Source of the DNA: Octopus sinensis | Lineage: Eukaryota | Assembly: GCF_006345805.1 (NCBI RefSeq) | Contig: NC_042998.1 | Coordinates: 35,712,001-35,776,000 of the forward strand | Direction: 5' to 3' | Length of the DNA stretch: 64,000 nt | Part shown: piece by piece, positions 39,661-51,493 of the stretch | Numbering within the stretch: position 1 is the first letter of the stretch | Layout of the letters: the number at the start of each line of letters is the position of its first letter | Made by a program: the position numbers and the translations under genes | Notes under the pieces: model-generated | Database searches by the model: none | Seen by the model: only the letters and a program-made list of their open reading frames with translations | What the model was told of the DNA's origin: nothing

Positions 39661-40112
39661 AGAAGCTGGCAGAATGGTTAGCGCGCCGGACGAAATGTTC
39701 AGCGGTATTTCATCTGCCATTACATTCTGAGTTCAAATTCCGCCGAGGTCGACTTTGTCTTTCATCCTTTCGGGGTCGATAAATTAAGTACCTATTTCAT
39801 TATTACCCACAAGGGGCTAAACAAGGACAGACATAGGTATTAAGTCAATTACATCGACCCCAGTGCGTAACTGGTACTTAATTTATCGACCCCGAAAGGA
39901 TGAAAGGCAAAGTCGACCTCGGCGGAATTTGAACTGACAACGTAACGACAGACGAAATATGGCTACGCATTTCGCCTGGTGTGCTAACGTTTCTGCCAGC
40001 TCACCGCCTTAAATTAAGTACCAGTTATGCACTGGAGTCGATGTAATCGACTTAATCCCTTTATCTGTCCTTGTTTGTCGTCTCTATGTTTAGCCCCTTG
40101 TAGGCAATAAAA
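39661..40112. mobile_element. GGTA-SINE (+) carrying a nested inverted copy (39793-40009, minus)
   Basis: TSD TAAATTAAGTACC at 39780-39792 and 40010-40022. Confidence 0.88.
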
Positions 40113-40432
40113 AAATAATAATAAGCACATGATTAGGGCATCAAAGGAAAGGGTGGGGTACCACAGAAATGGTAATGGGTTTACAGCACAAAAGAAATCG
40201 CTTTAAACTTGCTATAATAATTTTCGAAATGGTTTATGTGATTGAAAATATAATTTCAAAGTGTTTGTGGTGTCATAGTGAGGATCTTTTGATCAGATTT
40301 TACAATTAAAGAAAGTAGGAGAGTAACTTTTTAAATATCAAGTGGAAGTATACAAAAATAAATATTATTTTACATCTTACTGTTAATTTTATTTCATTTT
40401 GAAAAATAATTTATTTTATGGTTTATTATTTA

Positions 40433-40827
40433 CTAGCAGTATCGCCCGGCGTTGCTCGGGTTTGTAAGGGAAATAATTATATAAGCATTTTTAGAGAGTT
40501 ATAGCCAAAAAATAGCAAAAAAATGCACTAAAAATGGAAAAGAAATTATGGTAAATTTTTTTTAAATCGTTGACTCATCGTAAACATTTTTAGAGAGTTA
40601 CTTCCCTTATATAATAGCGAAATAATGCATTAAAATGAAAAAAATTATAGTAAATTTTTTTTAAATCGTAGACTCATCGTAGATGCGCACTAATACCCAG
40701 AAGGGCTCGATATGAATCACGACTACAAGATACCCGGTTTTGGTTAAACTGCACCGCAAAATGTGGGAGTAGTTAGGAATCTAAATCGTAGGAGACAGAC
40801 ACACAACTTCACTTTTATATATAAAGA
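40433..40827 (-). mobile_element. Non-autonomous Helitron (shared termini, different interior)
   Basis: A|TC ... CCCGAGCAACGCCGGG hairpin ... CTAG|T; internal tandem duplication of about 110 bp. Confidence 0.8.
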
Positions 40828-41499
40828 TATTTTGAATTACACACACACGTGCATGCACTTTATTGATAAATCTGCAAAGACATCACAAAAACAGTTACTC
40901 AGAGTTTCATGTTCCCATTCATTGGACAGTTTTGGTTGATGTCTTTGCAGCTTTATTAATAAAGCACATTACTCTACTTCTGGTAGTCAAGTACTATTTT
41001 ATCCACTGTGTTTCACATTTATGTGCTTACTCCGGTGTATATATATATAAAGTGCTATGGGTCTTAATCTGGCCCTGAGACATACAATGCATTTCTTTCA
41101 GATAGTTTTTAAAATAATGAAAAATATGGTAAAATAACTTCGTCATTATTTACATTTGACGAATATTTGTCCTCTGTGGTACCAGTGCTGGTGGCACATA
41201 AGAGAACCATCTGAACGTGGCCGTTGCCAGCGCCGCCCCGACTGGCCTCTGTGCCGGTGGCATGTAAAAAGCACCATCCGATTGTGGCCGTTGCCAGCCT
41301 CGTCTGGCCCCCGTGCAAGTGGCATGTAAAAAGCACCCACTACACTCACGGAGTGGTTGGCGTTAGGAAGGGCATCCAGCTGTAGAAACACTGCCAGATC
41401 GGACTGGGCCTGGTGCAGCCTACTGGCTCCCCAGACCCCAGTTGAACCATTCAACCCATGCTAGCATGGAAAACGGCCGTCAAACGATGATGATGATAA

Positions 41500-41607
41500 T
41501 GATGATCTTGTTTGTTGTTCACACAATGTTTCGGCTTATATACCCTCCAGCCTTCATCAGGTGTCTTAGGGAAATTTCGAACCTGGGTTCTCATTCCTAA
41601 CGTATTT
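41500..41607 (-). mobile_element. Fragment of the hammerhead-tail SINE with the best-preserved catalytic core
   Basis: Minus strand: AAGACAC-CTGATGA-AGGCTG-GAGGGTATAT-AAGCC-GAAA-CATT-GTGTG. Confidence 0.8.
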
Positions 41608-41928
41608 TAGGTAACAGAAGCTATCAACTACTTCTAGTTTTTCTCCTTGGAATGTAGCAGAAGTTGTTCTCTGCACATTTTCAGTGTTTATTGCTCCTGA
41701 GCATCTGCCACATGCAAAAACTATCTTCCCAGTTAGCCTTCCTTTGATATTGCTGCACTTCTTATGTGTCCATAGCTTACACGGGGTACATCTTATAGAG
41801 TTTCTACCTACACCTCTACTACAGATCGAGCAGGGCCATCTACCTGAAGGGATTTGTGGTTTGTCTGCCTTCCTACTTGTTAGGACTTTGGTTTTAGTTA
41901 GGTTGACTCTAACGCCCTTTGATTCTAA
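41608..41928 (-). mobile_element. RTE LINE ORF2 fragment: end of RT with an embedded PHD-like Cys/His finger
   Basis: Open frame LESKGVRVNLTKTKVL..WPCSICSRGVGRNSIRCTPCKLWTHKKC..FACGRC..EKLEVVDSFCYL. Confidence 0.85.
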
Positions 41929-43400
41929 TATATTGGTGATTTTTAGTGTGGTAGAGGTGAGATGGGGCAGTTACATTATCACATTGTGATAAGAACTCTG
42001 GAAATGTCCATGTGCTATATTGGTATCTTATTCATAGGGTTTTTCATTTGGTGTCCACATGACCCTTGAGAGTCCACATAAGATTTTGCTGCTTAAATCT
42101 ATGTCTGATAAACTGGTCATTCTTCTGATACACAAAATACTTTAGCAGTTTTTTAATACAATTGCTAAATAAAATTTAATCATAAAAATATGATAGGATT
42201 TTTGAAAGCATTGAATGTGTGTGAGGGTAAAGTAAACCAAGTAAAGTGGGAATCAAATGGGTTCATAGGTCACTGGGTTAGGTAATAGGAGGCATTGGTT
42301 TTAGTACATCAATTCTATGCTGATATGGCATTTGATATGGTGGCATTCTTTTGGCAATTAGCAATACAGTGAGTATGATGGGACAGGAATGAGGTATAGG
42401 AATGCCTGTTCAAGGCTCATTAAAACACAGAATCTTATAACTTGAGTACCAGAACCTAAGAGGAAAAAAATCCATAATTTTGATTTTTTTTGTTTTAAGT
42501 GAAAATTCCTTTTTTTTTTTATATATAAACATAAAAATCTTTCCCTGTTTCCTTCTCATATAATTTTTTTTTTTAATGTTCAGATTTTTCTCTTTGCTTA
42601 GTTATTCTGCTTGGAGCTATTGACTTAACAGTAATTGTTTTCATGGGAGTGGTTGTCTAGAAACCAGAATTAAATGCTAGCCCTAGGCACTGGTACTCCC
42701 AACTGCAGCCTGTCATATTAATAATTATTCCATTTTTTTTTTTTTTTTTTTTTTTTTTAGTCCTAATTCTTCAGTGTGTGTTAATCAATTATTTGCTATG
42801 TTTTACATTCTTGAACACAATGTACAAATGCCCTAAATATCATTTAGTAGTTTGCTGTTGTCTTCAGCCATATTACTACCGGCTCTCTCGTTATATCATG
42901 GCTGAATATAAATGATTATCAGTTCAAATGATTGTTTTCGTCGACAAAAGCAAACAATTCCGTAATTTCCTCAAACCGTTTCGACCATTAACATTTTGAC
43001 AGATACGTCTTCTCTTTACATTGTCTGAAAATAGATGGTTTTTCTTTTCTCCCCGCTGCCGAGTTCTTTGCATTCTCTGTGTAAATTACTCGATTGGAGA
43101 AATATTTGAACAGTCCATCTGCACAAGACAGACGGACTATTCAAATATTCCTTTAAGTGGTTTCTGATCAAACTATAAAATTCCTGCAATGCTTTACCAT
43201 AACGACATCGAGGAAAACACAAGTCAGATGCTAAATGTTGGTTCAGGCTGTTGGCGTTGCTGATCAAGAATTTCTGTGATTTTATAAAGAATCTTGTTGT
43301 TCATTAATTAACTGTGAAATTTTGAGCTACAGGTATTTCTTGAAGTTGGTTTTATTGGAAGTTTAGAATGCTTCTCTTTTTTTCCATGTTTACTTATTTA

Positions 43401-43792
43401 TCTCTCTATATATAAAGCTGAAGTTGTCTGTGTATGGCAGGTTTGGTAGCCTTCAACTAACACTATCTCCTCCAAGACCCTGTGGTGCAAGTTGACCAAA
43501 ATTGAAAGTATGATAGAAGAAGGCTTGCTCTTCATTCTGTAGAAGATAAAATTCAAATCGGACCATGTTAGCACCAAAAATTATTTATATCAAAAAGGTG
43601 ATTTTTTTCTATGAAAATCCCTATTTTTTATGATTTTTTGATTGCTGTGTCGCCATTTTTCAGTGTATTTCAACCAGAAAAATGTTCACCTAAAGTGAAT
43701 AACAAGCTACATAATGCAAAATTTTTACTTTTCAAAAATTCCAATTCTAAAGGGTTGAAACAAACCCGAGCAACACCAGGCGATACTGCTAG
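43401..43792 (+). mobile_element. Non-autonomous Helitron
   Basis: A|TCTCTCTATATATAAAG ... CCCGAGCAACACCAGG ... CTAG|T; same subfamily as 24859-25253. Confidence 0.82.
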
Positions 43793-43972
43793 TTATATCA
43801 TAATTTTTGAACAAGAATGTTGTTGGATATAGATTTCCAATCATGGCTTCACAGTACTTCTGATGGTGAGGATGGTAATGGAGTGTCTATTAGATGGTTT
43901 TTGTTGGAAGAACACCAGTTTTTTTTTTTCCCTCAGCAGTGATTATATCCTTTAATAATATACTGAAATTTA

Positions 43973-44006
<34 letters not shown>

Positions 44007-44163
44007 ACAAGTTTCAGCATAGTTTTCATTCCCCACATTCAGATTAAAATGTGTGGTTAAAATACAAAAAAAGACAAATTGTAAAACAAAAGCATTCACC
44101 TAAAGTGCCATGTATTGGTGAATCTTGGACGCCCTGAGGTGACTGTGGATACAGGATGAAATA

Positions 44164-44484
44164 TTACATTATTTACATTTGACGGATATTTGTCCTCATC
44201 TTGCTTGTTGTTAACACTTTTTGGCTGATATACCCTCCAGCCTTCATCAGGTGTCTTTCAGAAATTTTGAACCTGGATTCTCATTCCTAAGGTATTTTTC
44301 AATTACCCCAAGACACCTGATGAAGGCTGGAGGGTATATCAGCCAAAACGTGTTAGCAACAAACAAGATGAGGACAAATATCCGTCAAATGTAAATAATG
44401 TAAATAATTCCTCATCTCTTAAATATAGAACTGTAGGATGGTAAATAATGTACATAATTCCTCATCTCAAAAATATAGAATAGT
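44164..44484. mobile_element. Inverted pair of hammerhead-tail SINE fragments plus an extra tandem tail piece
   Basis: Minus arm 44164-44300, plus arm 44305-44434, repeated tail 44441-44480. Confidence 0.8.
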
Positions 44485-44856
44485 AGAGCAATGTTGTCCT
44501 GTACTTGGTATGTTATTCAATTAAGACCAAATCAAAAATATTTTCAGCGCTGTCTGACTGGCGTCCGTGATGGTGACGCATAAAAGCACCAACCGATCGT
44601 GGCTGTTTGCCAGCCTCTTCTGGCCCTTGTGCTGGTGGCACGTAAAAAAACACCCACTACACTCACGGAATGGTTGGCGTTAGGAAGGGCATCCAGCTGT
44701 AGAAACACTGCCAGATCAGACTAGAGCCTGGTGCAGCCTCCATGGCTCACCAGACCCCGGTTGAACCATCCAACCCATGCCAGCATGGAAAACGGATGTT
44801 AAACGATGATGATAACTCTCTATAGACTTCTTTACTGTCTTTCTCAATCTCACAGT

Positions 44857-44908
<52 letters not shown>

Positions 44909-45109
44909 CTGGCTTCTTTCAGTTTCCATCTATCAAATCCACTCGCAAGGCTTTGGCCAGCCCGAAGCTTTGCAGCAGGGATCACCACTGTTTTTGCTCA
45001 ATAAACACTCACAACGCCCGGTCTGAGAATTGAAACCGCGATCCTACAACCGCGAGTCCGCTGCCCTAACCACTGGGCCATTGTGCCTCCACATATATAT
45101 ATACACACA

Positions 45110-45140
<31 letters not shown>

Positions 45141-45594
45141 CATGTGGCCATGTGGGAGCACTTCCTTGAAGAATCTGTAGTAGATTGAATTGGCCCCGGT
45201 ACTTATTTAATTGGTTAAGCCTGGTACTTATTTTATCAGTCTCCTTTGCGAAACTGCTCTGTCAAAGGGACGTAAACAAACCAACAGCAGTCAGTCAGTG
45301 GTGGGGGACAGACACAAAAACACACACAATTCACTTCTTCAGTTTCTGTCCAGAAAATCCACTCTCAAGCTTTGGTCGGCCCAGGGTTATAGAAGATGAC
45401 ACTTGCCCCAAAGTGCCACGCAGTTGGCCTGAACCCAGAGTCATGTGGTTGGAAAGCAAACTTCTTACCCACACAGCCTCCCCCCCTACACATTTACAAG
45501 GGGTGACTGTTGTTCCTCTTGTGAAAGTTTAATAAACATTCACTATTAAAAAAAGTATTAATTCTTGTTTCTCATTAAATTATTTTTTTTTATA

Positions 45595-46174
45595 GGCGCA
45601 GGTGTGGCTGTGTGGTAAGAAGCTTGCTTACCAACCACTTGGTTCCGGGTTCAGTCCCACTGCGTGGCTCCTTGGGCAAGTGTCTTCTACTATAGCCTCA
45701 GTAGATTTGGTAAATAGAAACTGAAAGAAGCCCATCGTATATATACATATATATATATGTTTGTGTCTATGTTTGTCCCCTCACCATCGCTTGACAACCG
45801 ATATTGGTGTGTTTACGTCCCATAATTTAGTGGTTCAGCAAAAAGAGTCTGATAGAATAAGTACTAGGCTTACAGAGAATAAGTCCTGGGGGTTGATTTG
45901 TTCGACTAAATGCGGTGCTCTAGCATGGCCGCTGTCAAATGACTGAAACAAATAAAAAATTAAACAATATATAACTTGACATAGAAACAAACAAGCAAAT
46001 TATATATATATAGTGGCTTTGTGATAAGAGGCTTGCTTCCCAACCACATGGTTCCAGGTTCAGTCCCACTGCAATGCACCTTGGGCAAGTGTCTTTTACT
46101 ATAGCCTCAAGCCGACCAAAGCCTCATGAGTGGATTTGGTAGACGGAAACTAAAAGAAGCCCGATATATATATA

Positions 46175-46205
<31 letters not shown>

Positions 46206-46455
46206 ATGTATGTATGTTTATGTGTATATATGTATGTATTTGTTGTTTGTGTCTGTGTTTGGCTCCCCACCAATGTTGACAACCGATGTTGGTGTGTTTA
46301 CGTCCCCATAACTTAGCGGTTCGGCAAAAAGAGCCTGATAGAATAAGTACCAGGCTTACAAAGAATAAGTCCTGGGGGGTAGATTTATCCGACCTAAAGG
46401 CTGGTGCTCCTGCACCGCCGCAGTCAAATGACTGAAACAGATAGACGAATAAAAG
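45595..46455 (+). mobile_element. Two consecutive CORE-type SINEs (45595-45960 and 46015-46455)
   Basis: Both have the head, CTTGGGCAAGT core, internal (TA)n and family tail. Confidence 0.85.
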
Positions 46456-47350
46456 AATATATATATATATTTATATAACAGATGCCCATAATCATTAAAA
46501 CCTAAATATGTTTATTTACCAGCTGATTGTCAGCACGTATGCACACACACACACTCTGTTTTTGTGTACACTGCAACAGAACAACACGTCTGACGTCATT
46601 TTTTTTTTTTAAATAGCATTAGATTATTCACCCATCACTCTATCTTTTATCATGTGAGCAAGTGTCTTATTTCTTTACTTCTTTCTTCATCTAGACTGTC
46701 TTATTATAAATTAGTTGATTAATGGCTAACAAGACCAACAGCTTTTTTTTTTGTTGATTATCATTTTACGGTTAATGGATATTAACTGAATTAGAGCATT
46801 CTCTATCAACAGTTCAAAGCTGATCTTCATCACTACTCTCTATTGATTTCGTATTATATTATAGATACGTTAGAGAAAAATTACTTGTTGCCTATTTTCG
46901 TTATTCTTGGCTGTTTTTTGTTTTTTTTGTTTTGTATTTTGTAAGAGGTCGGTTGTGGGCTTGAGTAAATAATTTAGCTCCACGTTTACAACACATGTTT
47001 TTAAAATTAGATGCTCCTTTAACTCGATGTTGTTATGGTAAATAAATTGGACAGGTATTTCTGCTTCAGTGGTTACCGTTTCCTGTCGACCCCTCCTCAT
47101 CTTTGTTATTCTTTTATTTTCAAATTCACATTAGAGATGGCCATTTAAATCTTCTTCTGATATTTGTTCTTTAATTGGTTTGTTGAAACATTGTGAGTTT
47201 TGGCCATGCTGGAGCAATGCTCTGTGCACTGTATCATGTTTTATAGTGTTTGTACTTTAGGTTTTTTCTCTGTGTGTATGTGTGTGTGTAGTTGGTGAAG
47301 GAATGAGTTGATGGATGGAGGCTACTCTATACTGATGGTATCCTGCTAAC

Positions 47351-47777
47351 GTATTTCGTCTGCCGTTACGTTCTGAGTTCAAATTCCGCCGAGGTCGACT
47401 TTGCCTTTCATCCTTTCGGGGTCGATAAATTAAGTACCTATTTCTTTATTACCCACAAGGGGCTAAACACAGAGGAGACAAACAAGGACAGACATAGGTA
47501 TTAAGTCGATTACATCGACCCCAGTGCGTAACTGGTACTTAATTTATCGACCCCGAAAGGATGAAAGGCAAAGTCGACCTCGGCGGAATTTGAACTCACA
47601 ACGTAATGCAGACGAAATACCGCTAAGCATTTCGCCCGGCGTGCTAGCGTTTCTGCCAGCTCGCCGCCTTAATTAAGTACCAGTTACGCACTGGGGTCGA
47701 TGTAATCGACTTAATCCATCTGTCTGTCCTTGTTTGTCTCCTCTGTGTTTAGCCCCTTGTCGGCAGTAAAGAAATAG
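47351..47777. mobile_element. 5'-truncated GGTA-SINE (+) with a nested inverted copy (47439-47670, minus)
   Basis: Inner TSD AATTAAGTACC at 47428-47438 and 47671-47681; outer TSD GGTATCCTGCT / GATATCCTGCT at 47337-47347 and 47777-47787. Confidence 0.88.
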
Positions 47778-48419
47778 ATATCCTGCTGAAGATGGCAGTT
47801 CTGGGACACAGAAAATCTTATCCAGGCCATGTTTGAAATCTGTGATGGACCTCAGCATTCATTGCGTTGTTAGATAAATAAACGGAGCCATTTAAATGCA
47901 GGTGCTTGTTGTAATGTGTCTTTGATCAATTGTCATTAGTTGAGCGTATCTTTCAGTTCCTTGTTCATTTGACAGTATAACAGAATCTGAAACTCTGCTT
48001 GGTGCCATGTTAAAGGTACTTAGTATATTCTATAAAGTGGCTGGGATCAGGAAGGGCACCCAGCTATAGAAACTATGCCAAAATAGCCTTGCCCTCTCCT
48101 ATCAAGCCGTCCAACCATACCAGCATGGAAAATGGATGTTAAATGATGATGGTGATATCTCCTTCTGTTTAATTGTTTGGATGGAGCTGTGTTAATTCTC
48201 TTCTCTAGTTTAGGGAAAAGAGCTTCAAAACTTGGGATCCATCCTTCCCGGTAGCTTAGCTGCTTTAGCCGAAGCTATTTTCTTAGTGAAGCAGTTTTGC
48301 ATTGTTCAATTAATTTTGGAATTTCAGTTGTTAGCAGAAATATATAAAACTCAGCCGATGTCGAGATTACTATTTGTGTATTTAGCAGAGAAAGGTACAA
48401 AGAATCCTTTTTGGAAGCT

Positions 48420-48575
48420 TGCAGTACCAGAGTGTCTTTGTCTATGCACATTACTTGTGTTAATGATATAATCCCCATAAACAACTTTCTGTGGATGTTG
48501 GGCAGCTTGCATCCCAGCTTTATCAAGTACTCAATAACTGCACGTTGCTTCTACTTGGAACTCACTATTTGTCTG
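48420..48575 (-). mobile_element. Mariner transposase N-terminal remnant
   Basis: KQRAVIEYLIKLG.KLPNIHRKL / VYGDYIINTSNVHR across a frameshift. Confidence 0.55.
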
Positions 48576-49496
48576 AAATGATGATCTACCAACATGTGCA
48601 ATTCGAATGACCTATGTCGGTTAATAAAAAGGTTGGGGCCATTTTTGTATTACTTACAATGTAATCATGGAAGAACAATATTTTGACAGTTCTCCTCTTA
48701 TAAGAGATTTCATTGAAAGTACCAATCAACCATTAGCATTTGGTGCCTTTTTTCTTCAGGGAATCAGAAAACCAAACACCTAGCTGTCTTGAAACGGAAG
48801 GTCACTGCAGCATAAAATTCCACGGTTAAGCTTGTCCCAGATCAATTTTCATCAAGTAGACCGATGACTTGTTTGTTTTCTTTTTAATCTCAGACTACGT
48901 TGTCCAGTGTGTCCTTCTCGTTTTAAAACGGCAGAATGTGATCTGGAGGTGATTTCACTACTGTTTGTTATATAGGTCAAGTGACTGGATAAGGGTTCCT
49001 TTGCTTGTTTGTGGCCAAGTTTGCTGAAAGTCTTAATTGCTTTTACTGTTTGCCAAAATTGATTTGTCTTTATCAATCAATGTTGAAGAGTCTCAAGGAG
49101 TTTCTCTTTTTGTGTTGGAAACCATGTCAACTATTAAGGTAACCTGACGAAGCACATGTCGAGTTTTCAATGCTATCACTCTTACGGAAACAGGGAAAAA
49201 AAACAAAAAAAAAACAACCTAAAAGGAAACTTGTTCAGATGCTGTTGCTGTTTAGCCATGGTAATGATACCAGTTGCTGGTCATTAACCAAATGAACAGC
49301 AGTGACATGCAGAAGAGCTGACGAAGATAAAATACAAATTGCTGATTGATTCTGAATGTCAGTCAAGCTCTATGGCAACCAGCTTCCTTTGCAGATTTAT
49401 TTATCAGCATGTACATACATAACTTCCAAAACAGGCTCAATTATTGGAATGACTATGGTGTCTTATCTCTCTCTCTCTCTCTCGATATATATATAT

Positions 49497-49870
49497 ATTT
49501 CTTTATTGCCCACAAGGAACTAAACACAGAGAGGACAAACAAAGACAGACAAAGGGATTAAGTCGATTACATCAGCTCCAGTGCTTAACTGGTACTTTAT
49601 TTATCGCCCCTGAAAGAATGAAAGGCCAAGTCTACCTTGGCGGAATTTGAACTCAGAACATAAAGACAGACGAAATACCTATTTCTTTACTACCCACAAG
49701 GGGCTAAACACAGAGAGGACAAACAAGGACAGGCAAATGGATTAAGTCGATTAGATTGACCCCAGTGCGTAACTGGTACTTTATTAATCGACTCCGTAAG
49801 GATGAAAGGCAAAGTCGACCTTGGTGGAATTTGAACTCAGAACGTAACAGCAGACGAAATACCGCTAAAC
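49497..49870 (-). mobile_element. Head-to-tail dimer of the GGTA-SINE body
   Basis: Two units joined at AAATAG|GTATTTC (minus strand). Confidence 0.82.
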
Positions 49871-49894
49871 ATTGAGAGAGAGAGAGAGTTACAT

Positions 49895-50245
49895 GGAGGT
49901 GCAATAGCCTAGTGGTTAGGGCAACAGACTCGCAGTCCTGGGATCACGGTTTCGATTCTCAGACTGGGCGTTGTGAGTGTGTGTTGAGCGAAAAACACCT
50001 AAAGCTCCATGAGGCTCCGGTAGGGTATGGTGGTGACCCCTACTGTACTCTTTCACCACAACTTTCTTTCTGTTGCACTTGTATTTCAAAGGGGCCAGCC
50101 TTGTCACACTCTGTGTCATGCTGAATCTCCCTGAGAACTATGTTAAGGGTACACATGTCTGTAGGGTGCTCAGCCACTTGCATGTTAATTTCATGGTCAG
50201 TTTGTTCCATTGATCGGATCAACTGGAACCCTCGTCATCGTCGTA
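49895..50245 (+). mobile_element. tRNA-derived SINE (24141 family)
   Basis: GGAGGTGCAATAGCCTAGTGG head; same body and tail. Confidence 0.82.
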
Positions 50246-51223
50246 TTTGACAGTGCCAATTATTTTCCTGAAAAAAAAACTTTGTGAAGTCTAATAATGG
50301 AAAGATAATGGTAAAACAGATGAATTTTTTAGTTGGCGGTATGGTGGAGTGGGGCAGTTATGAACTTTATTGGTACACCTTTAGATATATAATAACGACT
50401 GATCACCATCATCATCACCACCATGGCTTTGGTTGTAGAAGACACTTGCCCAAGGTGCCATGCAGTGGGACTGAACCCTGGACCATGTAGTCAAGAAGCA
50501 AGATTCTTGCTACACAACCACACCTGCACCTATATCTGTTACTACTAATTGACTAAACTATACAAAAAAAAAAAACCCAAATGTCTGGCTGATGATAATA
50601 GTAGCAGTAGTGGTTGTCAAAATACTGTTGGCAAAAAAATAAAAAAAGAGAAGACATGACTACAAAAGCATCTTGTGAAAACAGATAAAGGTAGAATGCA
50701 TACTTTTTGGAATTGACATTTTGCAAATGCATTTTAGTGATTGTCCAATAATAATCAACATCTGAAAATTAAGCATTATGTTAATTTCTATGAGAACAAA
50801 AAAAAAAGTCCCTGTTTGAATGTAGAAATGTCCAATTGTGTGTGTGTGTTGTGAGATTATGGAATTAGCATGGGTTCAGATAGGTTTTTTAAAAAAATTC
50901 TTATTGGAGGGCTTGGTAGTTACCCTTGCATGCGAGTAAGTCTCTCCTCTGTGCATCGCCAACATTGACCAGAAGAGAGGGTTAGGCCTATATTACATCG
51001 CTTGGCACCGTTGCTGTCACTGTCGTTGCTATCAGAAAAGCAAAGAGTTTGGAATCGATGCCACAAAGCATTTTGTGTGATGCTCTAATAATTCCGGCAA
51101 TCTGCTGCTGCTTCTGCTGCCGCCGTTGGCTGTTAATTTATTGACTTTGAAATGACGAAAGGTAAAGTTGAACTTGCTAGAATTTAAATAGCAGTCAATT
51201 GGCAAAATCATCCATGTTGGAAG

Positions 51224-51493
51224 TAGGGCTGTGGAGTCGGAGAGTCAGAAACAATGAAGGGGTAGCTGGAGTCGGAGTCGGTAAAACTATATGGACTCTG
51301 ATTCTTGACTCCCAGTGTCTTTATTCTTTAATATAAACCAGTTATAACATATAGGCCTACTCTAAGTACAAGCGTATGCATATGTTTTATGAGATATGTA
51401 GACCACAATCACTTAATTACATAAAGAGGAGTCGGAGGTGCCGATAGTAGAGGAGTCGGAGTCAAAGTTTTTTGTTTCAATTCCACAGCCCTG
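51224..51493. mobile_element. hAT-type MITE with GGAGTC subterminal repeats
   Basis: TAGGGCTGTGGA ... TCCACAGCCCTG; 8-bp TSD GTTGGAAG at 51216-51223 and 51494-51501. Confidence 0.88.

Noticed and set aside
43016-43267. 83-aa minus-strand ORF in unique sequence
   Set aside because: No recognisable motif, a comparable open frame on the opposite strand, and no convincing donor; left unannotated.
48894-48948. Possible exon encoding LRCPVCPSRFKTAECDLE after a good polypyrimidine tract
   Set aside because: Looks like the start of a zinc finger but lacks His ligands, and no compatible neighbouring exon was found.
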